Shown: positions 41,821 to 48,510 of the stretch, piece by piece
Layout of the letters: each line of letters opens with the position of its first letter
How positions within the stretch are numbered: the stretch's first letter is position 1
From: an uncultured Thermococci archaeon
GTDB lineage: Archaea > Methanobacteriota_B > Thermococci > Thermococcales > Thermococcaceae
Direction of reading: 5' to 3'
DNA: 48,510 nucleotides
Assembly (NCBI GenBank): GCA_965613095.1
Contig: CBFDUF010000001.1
Location: forward strand, 1-48,510
Notes under the pieces: generated by a model
Databases searched by the model: none
Told to the model about the DNA's origin: nothing
Seen by the model: only the letters and a program-made list of their open reading frames with translations
Position numbers and translations under genes: made by a program

Positions 41821-43362
41821 ATGAAGATAGTTATTTATGACGGTGCTAATACTATTGGGGGTTCCAAGATCCATGTTGAAGAAGGAGATAACGGCCTCTT
41901 TCTTGATTTTGGCACGAATTTTGCAAAGTATTCCCTATACTACGAAGAATTCATAAGCGAAAGAACCGCAAGAGGAATTTACGACCTCTGGCATCTCAAC
42001 CTAATACCAAAACTTAACATTTATCGGAGGGATTTAATTCCCAAGGACCTTGCAAATGAAGTTCCCCGATATCCAAAAGTCCCAGCCAATGCAGTCCTCA
42101 TAAGCCATGCCCATCTAGATCACGTGGGAAATGTCGCTCTTCTTGACGAGAACATTCCCGTAGTTGGCTCCCCAACAACAATCGCAATTCTCAAAGCCCT
42201 AAACGACACTTCCAGCGGAGGCAGTCACTTTGGAATGGAGATTCCTTATTACAAGGTGAAAAAGAATAAAGATGAAGAGGGGTACATCCTCGAAGCAGAT
42301 AGAAAATCCCATTATCCCTCAAGAAAAGTTATCCTCTCTGAGGAGATATCCTCTTTTCATGACTTCCTCTTTTACAGGCCCGGGCAAGAGTCACCCAGAG
42401 CCAAGAAAATCATTCCAAATGACGTGAAAACTCTTGATGAGGAAGATTTGGGCTTTGAAATTAAAGCTTTCAGTGTGGATCACTCAATTTATGGTGCCAC
42501 AGCATACATAATTGAAGGAGACATCAGTTTAACCTACACTGGTGATTTTAGACTTCACGGAAAAAATAGCAACGAAACAAGGAAATTCATCAAGGAGGCA
42601 AAAAATGCAAGCGTCTTAATTACCGAAGGAACAAGGGTTGGGAGAGAAGAGCATGAGAACGTTTCTGAGCAAGAAGTTTATGAAAATGCTCTAAAAATTG
42701 TTGAAGAGGCCAAAGGTCTTGTAATAGCGGACTTTTCGGCGAGGAATTTTGAGAGACTTGAAAGCTTTAAAGAAATTGCAGAGAAAACGGGGAGAGAGTT
42801 AATAGTCACGGCGAAAGATGCTTACTTTTTACACGCTTTGAAAATGGTTGACGGTGTTGATCGACTTAAAGGCTTGAGGATCTACGGGAACTTCAAAGCC
42901 AGTCGACAAAAATGGGAAGAACTTGTAGTCTGGAGCAACTATGCCGAGTATTACATCTCTCCCTTTGAGATTAGGGAGAACCAAGAAAACTACATCCTCT
43001 GCTTCTCGTTCTACGACATGCCCCATCTGCTTGACATAATGCCCAATGGCGGGACTTACATCTACTCTTCAAGCGAAGCCTTTGGAGAGGAACAAGAGTT
43101 CAGCTTTTTAAGACTCTGGAACTGGCTGCAATACTTTGGCTTTGAAGTCCATGGATTCAGAATAGATGGATATGGAAAACCGATCTTTGAGAAGGATCTG
43201 CATGCCTCGGGACATGTTTCAAAAGAAGAATTGAGAAAAATCATTGATGATATCGATCCAGACTATATTATTCCAGTTCACACCGAGAATCCAATGTGGT
43301 TCAAGAATACTTGGGGTGAAAAGGTGGTTGTTTTGAGAAATGGAGAAAGCTGGGAGGTTTAA
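41821..43362 (+). CDS. MBL-fold beta-CASP ribonuclease (RNase J-like)
   Basis: IGG, LDFG, SHAHLDH, VDHS, YTGDFR, EGT, HASGH, PVHTE. Confidence 0.9.
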   Translation: MKIVIYDGANTIGGSKIHVEEGDNGLFLDFGTNFAKYSLYYEEFISERTARGIYDLWHLNLIPKLNIYRRDLIPKDLANEVPRYPKVPANAVLISHAHLDHVGNVALLDENIPVVGSPTTIAILKALNDTSSGGSHFGMEIPYYKVKKNKDEEGYILEADRKSHYPSRKVILSEEISSFHDFLFYRPGQESPRAKKIIPNDVKTLDEEDLGFEIKAFSVDHSIYGATAYIIEGDISLTYTGDFRLHGKNSNETRKFIKEAKNASVLITEGTRVGREEHENVSEQEVYENALKIVEEAKGLVIADFSARNFERLESFKEIAEKTGRELIVTAKDAYFLHALKMVDGVDRLKGLRIYGNFKASRQKWEELVVWSNYAEYYISPFEIRENQENYILCFSFYDMPHLLDIMPNGGTYIYSSSEAFGEEQEFSFLRLWNWLQYFGFEVHGFRIDGYGKPIFEKDLHASGHVSKEELRKIIDDIDPDYIIPVHTENPMWFKNTWGEKVVVLRNGESWEV

Positions 43363-43365
43363 AAA

Positions 43366-43800
43366 ATGGGGAAGTCTCCAGAACGGGATGTGTCTCGAAT
43401 TATTGAATACATACGCGATTGTGTAGAACATCCAGAGGACCATCCAGAGCATTGGGAAGATTGGCTTAGGGCCGGACGAAGAAGGTTTCTCCTTTTGAAC
43501 ATTATCTACTACATCCAGCATGTTCAGGGGAAAGAGGAAGGAGTTACCAAAGAAGACCTTGAGAGATTCTTGGGAGAGTTGTACTATGTTAACAGAGAGA
43601 TGTTTTCGAACATAATAAAGCCTTGGAAGTCTTTGGATGATACGCTGAAAGAGCTTTTGGAGCAGAGATTGATTGTTCAGGTTTCAGAAGGAGCATATTT
43701 GGTGAATGAAGAGAAGATACGGGATGAGAAGGATTTGATTTATTGGGAAGGCATACTGAAAACGCTGGACGAAGTTGGGAAAAAAATACGGGAGCTTTAA
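43366..43800 (+). CDS. Hypothetical protein, possible winged-helix fold
   Basis: Starts 3 nt after RNase stop; helical core then LDDTLKELLEQRLIVQVSEGAYLV recognition-helix/wing-like pattern. Confidence 0.7.
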   Translation: MGKSPERDVSRIIEYIRDCVEHPEDHPEHWEDWLRAGRRRFLLLNIIYYIQHVQGKEEGVTKEDLERFLGELYYVNREMFSNIIKPWKSLDDTLKELLEQRLIVQVSEGAYLVNEEKIRDEKDLIYWEGILKTLDEVGKKIREL

Positions 43801-43804
43801 TGCC

Positions 43805-43814
43805 TTTCTTTTTT
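43805..43814 (+). terminator. Putative oligo(T) terminator
   Basis: TTTCTTTTTT right after the stop, followed by BRE/TATA-like AAAATACTTATTAA. Confidence 0.45.
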
Positions 43815-43863
43815 CCAAAATACTTATTAATTTTGGAACTTAGTAACTCTTTGGTGTGATTTG

Positions 43864-45543
43864 ATGGTTATTGCATGCATTGAGAAGAAAAATGAAGAAG
43901 AAAGAAATCTAAACCTTCCGTTTCGGCTGGGTAGTGTCGAGGATCGCTGTTGGGCTTTTCTACGAGAAAGTGGCGAGATAGTACTCTTTGAGTGGAAGAC
44001 TTACGAAATAGATGCCAATGGAGCCAAAGTCATTATTCCTGGATTGGAGAATATTCAAAGAAGTAGCATTAACAAGAACACTTTTACCTTCACCTTCAAA
44101 AACTACATTGGAAAGTCAAGGCTGATTATTGAAGATTCGCATGGAAAAAGGCGCGAATTTCCCCTCATTGTGCTTTCTGAGAAGTTTGGAAAGATCGCCC
44201 TCGAATACTGGGGAGTTATAGACCTCAACAAAATAGAAGATATCAAAGAGAGGGAAAAAGCTGTAGAAAAACTAATTGAAAGGTTCAATATCCTATGTCA
44301 AACCTTAACGGACGACATAACCCGTATCTCCTCCCAACTTAATTTCTCAATAAAGTCTCCCACTGCATTCACTGTCGAAGAAAGCGATGAGCCCATGAAC
44401 GAACTCTTTGCTTACCATTATCTTCGCTCCAACAAAGAGCGCATCATAGAGGCTTTCGAAACTGTGCTAAGAAAAATTAAGCGTAAACTGGTAGTTGAAG
44501 AGGAGTGGCTAAGGCCGGATGAAGTTGATGAGACAACCCCTGAGACCCTACTTTCCATTGTTCAACATCCCGAGTACCTAGCTCCAGCCGGTGAGGGTGT
44601 TCTAATAGCGGAATACCTCAATGGTTATGGCCCCACTAAAGTTCTCAGTTTTCAAAAATATGAAAGCTTTGACACTCCGGAAAACCGTTTTGCCAAGTAC
44701 TTCCTTGGCCTGCTGGTTGAATGGGGCGAGCGTGTTGTTAGAACCTTCGGAAGCAAAGTTGAGGCAGAAATTAACTCCGTTAAAGAACTCCTCGAAGAGC
44801 TAGACTTCATCAAAAGCGATGGGATCTGGGAAGACGTCGGCGAGATGACGCTCTTCCCGTACACATCCCAGACGCTTCTCAAAGGAGACGGCTACCGCGA
44901 CCTACTTAAACTCTACCGGGAGTTCACGGTTTACGTCCCCTTCTTCGGGGAGCTTCAGAAAGCTATTGAGAATAAAGATATTGCCAAGCTTTATGAGTAC
45001 TGGTGCTTCTTCAAACTTGTGGAGGAACTTGGGGAGATTCTTGAAAATCCAGAGTTCCATATTACTCTCACTCCAGAAGGCTCTCTTTCACAAGGTATAA
45101 ATGCATATGTAAAGTTTAAGGGAGGATGGAAGTTATACTACAACAGAGAATTCCACAGCAAGAGCTACTCAGTGCCCGTTAGACCAGATTTTTCACTCGT
45201 TAAAGGGGAAGAGATTATTGGAGTTTTTGATGCTAAGTTCAAGGTTGATATTGTTCCCTATTCGGAATTCGCAGATAAGGACAAAGAAATGGAAACCCGT
45301 CCCACTCTAGAAACGTGGGCGAAGCTTGAAGATATCTACAAGATGCACACGTACAGAGACGCTTTAAATGCTGAGTTTGCTATAGTGCTGTATCCGGGAG
45401 ATAGGAGTGTGTTTTTTGACAAAATAAACAAGAAATGTATTGGAGATCTAAAAGAATGCGAAGGAAAATTTGAGTTGAACATGTTATTGGATAAAGAGAA
45501 AGCCAAACTTGAGGGAATTGGGTATTTGAGTCTTAAACCTTAG
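43864..45543 (+). CDS. mcrC: McrC-like restriction nuclease (DUF2357 + PD-(D/E)xK)
   Basis: SFDTPENRF, YRDLLKLY, LYEYWCF, RPDFSL..VFDAKFK, KMHTYRDAL. Confidence 0.88.
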   Translation: MVIACIEKKNEEERNLNLPFRLGSVEDRCWAFLRESGEIVLFEWKTYEIDANGAKVIIPGLENIQRSSINKNTFTFTFKNYIGKSRLIIEDSHGKRREFPLIVLSEKFGKIALEYWGVIDLNKIEDIKEREKAVEKLIERFNILCQTLTDDITRISSQLNFSIKSPTAFTVEESDEPMNELFAYHYLRSNKERIIEAFETVLRKIKRKLVVEEEWLRPDEVDETTPETLLSIVQHPEYLAPAGEGVLIAEYLNGYGPTKVLSFQKYESFDTPENRFAKYFLGLLVEWGERVVRTFGSKVEAEINSVKELLEELDFIKSDGIWEDVGEMTLFPYTSQTLLKGDGYRDLLKLYREFTVYVPFFGELQKAIENKDIAKLYEYWCFFKLVEELGEILENPEFHITLTPEGSLSQGINAYVKFKGGWKLYYNREFHSKSYSVPVRPDFSLVKGEEIIGVFDAKFKVDIVPYSEFADKDKEMETRPTLETWAKLEDIYKMHTYRDALNAEFAIVLYPGDRSVFFDKINKKCIGDLKECEGKFELNMLLDKEKAKLEGIGYLSLKP

Positions 45544-45557
45544 AAAGGTGGTGAAAG

Positions 45558-48395
45558 ATGTCCAAGAGGATTGAAGAGATATTAGCTGTGCTTGAGGAAA
45601 TTAAAAAGAATTATACCCAAAGTGTTGATATAATGGAGTTAAGAAATGATGCAATAGAGAAAGTCGCTAAAAAACTTGGAGTTGATGAAAGCACCATACG
45701 AAGCAAAATTAACAACCCTAAGAATCTTGGATTAAGCATGGGGGAATTTGATAAATTATTAGAAGAGTGGATAATTAATAACAATCCTAAGCCCTTAATG
45801 CAAAAGTTGCTAGAACATGCTGATGATAGGGACAGAAAAAGAATTCACGAATTTTTTAAATACTCTGACTCTGAGAAACAAATAGAAACAGAAACAATTG
45901 GGATAGTTGCAAATATTGCTTGGGCGCATAATAGATGGAAGGAATTTGACGAAGAAGGATTTAAGAAAAAAGATAGGTATGGCTTCGAGTACGTTAAGCA
46001 GACTGGGTTTGCTCATGAATGGTGGAATTTTTATGAAGGCTTTGATCCAGAATACTATTATGGGCACGTTGAAAGCAAGGGTAAGCTCAGCAAGTTCAAT
46101 AGGGGATTAATTCTTTTTATTTCTCGGAATATAGAGGAGGGAAACTTTTATTTTGTGGGATTTTATGGGGATGCAGAATACTCAGAAAGTGGCTTCAAAA
46201 CGGGTAAAACACTTGGAGAACTCCTCTCAGATGATTTCAAAGAATACTTAAAGGCCTCAATAGAAACTGGAAAAATCTCTAAAAAACATACGGATTACCT
46301 CAAAAAGACACTGTTTGAAAGTCCTAAAGAAGTAACAAGCAAATTTAGAGCAAGAAAAGCATATTCGGCAGTACTTCTTGAGGAAGGGTATGTTCAAATT
46401 TCTTCTGAGGATTTAGGGATCAAAAGATTTGGCCAAAACAAGGTGATATATATTGGAGAAAACGAAAGCATTAAGCCAGAAAAGATATTTAACCTTCTTT
46501 TAAAAGCAAAACAGCGACATGAGGAGCTTTTAAACAATTCAGAAATCTCAGATGAGAAAAGGCAAGAAGCAGAGAACATCATTAAAAAGATAGAATGGGC
46601 GTTAGAGAAGTATTTTGGGGGTGAATGTGTGAGCGAAAAGGAGTCTGATTTGGAAAATGTTGAAAATTTGAAACAATATTTCCGCTCAAGAGGTTACCAC
46701 TTCTCTAAACATCTCATTGCCCAGTTCTACACTGCCCTCAAGACTAAGGGCTTCGTGATTCTATCTGGCCTCACGGGCACAGGAAAGACCAAAATTGCTC
46801 TGGAAATCGCTAAGCTGTTGGAAAAGAAAGAAGAGATAACTCTTCCACAATTATTGACTGCATGGGGAAGTGAAGACCCAGAACAAAAGTTTGAATGTGC
46901 AATTAATTGGATAAAGGAATTAATATCGAAGGAGGGATATGCAATTTTGGCTTGGGATGACTCAGATACAATAAGGAGTATCTCAGAACCGTTTATTCTG
47001 TGGATTGGGTATAAGTCTGGCGTGCGCTATGGGTTTATAGTTAGCAAGAAGTATCCAAAGGAAGATGTTCTTAATAATTCAGCTCTCAAAGAGAAGATTA
47101 AAAAGGGGTTTGAATGGTCCATAGAACTCTATGAACCCCTAGAAGAGGAAATGAAGAAAAACAAGATATTTCTAGAAGCAACCCAAATAATTGAGCTAGA
47201 GAAAAAGTTAAGTTATAAGAAATTTTACGGACTAGATTTAGGAAGACCACTAGAACAAGTGGCTCGAAAGGGGTACTCAAGAGTTAGGATATCAGATGAA
47301 AACATCTTTAGAATGACAAAAAACAGCATCTTCCTCTCCGTCCACCCGGACTGGAGAGATTCCAAACCACTGCTCGGCTATTACAATCCATTAACCAGAG
47401 AATACCACAAGACTCCCCTCCTAGAGTTTATTTTAAGAGCTAAAGAAGACTATGAGCGGAACAAAGAAAATGCAATGCCCTACTTCATCGTCCTCGACGA
47501 AATGAACCTCGCCCACGTTGAGTACTACTTCGCCGACTTCCTCAGCGTCCTTGAGAGCGGAAGAGATGAAAGTGGCTTCACAAAGGAGAGCATAAAACTC
47601 CACGATGTAGATAAAGTTGAGAAAGAGCAGGGAATACCCAAAGAGCTTAAACTTCCGCCGAACCTCTACCTCATCGGAACCGTGAACATGGACGAAACTA
47701 CATATTCATTCAGTCCAAAAGTTCTCGACAGGGCCTTTACGATAGAGTTCCACGATGTTAAATTAGGCGAATATCTAGAGGCACTTGAGAAGAACAATGG
47801 GAAAGAGGAAGACTGGTCAGAGCTTCGTAACATAATTTTGAAGGATTTGAGAAGAAATGGCAGATTTTTGTCAGTCTCAAAGGAGGATGATATAGAAAAA
47901 GCCCTCAGAGAACTCAAAGACACTAACAATGGAAAATACTGGGAAATCCTCAACCAACTCAACAACGCCCTCGAACCCTACGATTTGCACTTTGGCTACA
48001 GGGTAGTTGATGAGATAGCACTATTTTTCACTAATGTCAAGGAAAGCAGGGACAGAAAAATCGTTGAATTCGAAAGTAAAGACGAAATTTTTGACCTAGC
48101 GCTTCTCATAAAAGTCCTCCCCAAGTTCCATGGCAACAGGAAGAAGCTTGAGAAACCATTATTGCTTCTTCTTAAGCTTGCAAAAGAGGGAACGCTGGAG
48201 ATAGAAGATGCTCATAAAAAGGTCGAGGAACTATTTAAAGATATATTCGGAGTTGAAAGCACACAGGACAGGAAAGGTGTTGTGGTCAAGGAACTCATCA
48301 ACCCATCCAATACCTATGTGTTCCAACACACAGCAAGGAAAGTCCTTCGCATGCTCCGCCAGCTGTATGAGATAGGCTTTGCAAGCTTTAGTTGA
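45558..48395 (+). CDS. mcrB: McrB-family AAA+ GTPase (NxD type) with extra N-terminal and inserted domains
   Basis: ILSGLTGTGKT, V.PDWRD..LLGYYN, LDEMNLAHVEYYFADFLS, GTVNMDETT..FSPKVLDRA, HFGYRV, KVLPK.HG, GFASF. Confidence 0.92.
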   Translation: MSKRIEEILAVLEEIKKNYTQSVDIMELRNDAIEKVAKKLGVDESTIRSKINNPKNLGLSMGEFDKLLEEWIINNNPKPLMQKLLEHADDRDRKRIHEFFKYSDSEKQIETETIGIVANIAWAHNRWKEFDEEGFKKKDRYGFEYVKQTGFAHEWWNFYEGFDPEYYYGHVESKGKLSKFNRGLILFISRNIEEGNFYFVGFYGDAEYSESGFKTGKTLGELLSDDFKEYLKASIETGKISKKHTDYLKKTLFESPKEVTSKFRARKAYSAVLLEEGYVQISSEDLGIKRFGQNKVIYIGENESIKPEKIFNLLLKAKQRHEELLNNSEISDEKRQEAENIIKKIEWALEKYFGGECVSEKESDLENVENLKQYFRSRGYHFSKHLIAQFYTALKTKGFVILSGLTGTGKTKIALEIAKLLEKKEEITLPQLLTAWGSEDPEQKFECAINWIKELISKEGYAILAWDDSDTIRSISEPFILWIGYKSGVRYGFIVSKKYPKEDVLNNSALKEKIKKGFEWSIELYEPLEEEMKKNKIFLEATQIIELEKKLSYKKFYGLDLGRPLEQVARKGYSRVRISDENIFRMTKNSIFLSVHPDWRDSKPLLGYYNPLTREYHKTPLLEFILRAKEDYERNKENAMPYFIVLDEMNLAHVEYYFADFLSVLESGRDESGFTKESIKLHDVDKVEKEQGIPKELKLPPNLYLIGTVNMDETTYSFSPKVLDRAFTIEFHDVKLGEYLEALEKNNGKEEDWSELRNIILKDLRRNGRFLSVSKEDDIEKALRELKDTNNGKYWEILNQLNNALEPYDLHFGYRVVDEIALFFTNVKESRDRKIVEFESKDEIFDLALLIKVLPKFHGNRKKLEKPLLLLLKLAKEGTLEIEDAHKKVEELFKDIFGVESTQDRKGVVVKELINPSNTYVFQHTARKVLRMLRQLYEIGFASFS

Positions 48396-48442
48396 TTTTT
48401 TGATTATTTATCTTGCTAAAACCCCCACCACTCACTCTGTAT

Positions 48443-48508
48443 CTGTCTCTTATACACATCTCCGAGCCCACGAGACTCCTGAGCATCTCGTATGCCGTCT
48501 TCTGCTTG
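48443..48508 (-). other. Illumina Nextera adapter read-through (ME + Read2 + i7 TCCTGAGC + P7), artefact
   Basis: Exact reverse complement of positions 4-69. Confidence 0.99.
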
Positions 48509-48510
48509 AA

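Noticed and set aside
41544-41822. 92-aa ORF as an intact gene
   Set aside because: A chimera of promoter DNA, an IS-end hairpin and a permease C-terminal remnant
46830-47320. McrB insert as an intein
   Set aside because: No Cys/Ser start, TxxH block, His-Asn end or LAGLIDADG motifs

Overview
A 48.5 kb contig from a Thermococcales archaeon, most likely Thermococcus, judged from protein families, GGTGA ribosome-binding sites and BRE/TATA promoters. Both ends carry untrimmed Illumina Nextera P7/i7 adapters (4-69 and 48443-48508), which are library artefacts. Most of the window is housekeeping: a BMP-type ABC transporter, cysS, slyD, prolyl oligopeptidase, an intein-containing Lhr helicase, tungstate transporter wtpABC, cDPG synthesis genes, MgtE/TrkA-C genes, pckG, tmk, a box C/D sRNA and an acdA-iorAB operon. 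Three accessory features stand out. (1) At 41.7-48.4 kb, a beta-CASP RNase and a small wHTH-like protein precede a DUF2357-type McrC and a 945-aa NxD-type McrB. This McrB has two extra N-terminal modules, a ~165-aa domain inserted inside its GTPase and a likely internal start site. (2) An ABC/AAA-ATPase plus TOPRIM-like two-gene cassette sits inside the wtpABC operon. (3) Four short IS200/IS605-end-like hairpin remnants occur, three of them next to truncated genes. All calls come from motif recognition by eye; no searches were run.
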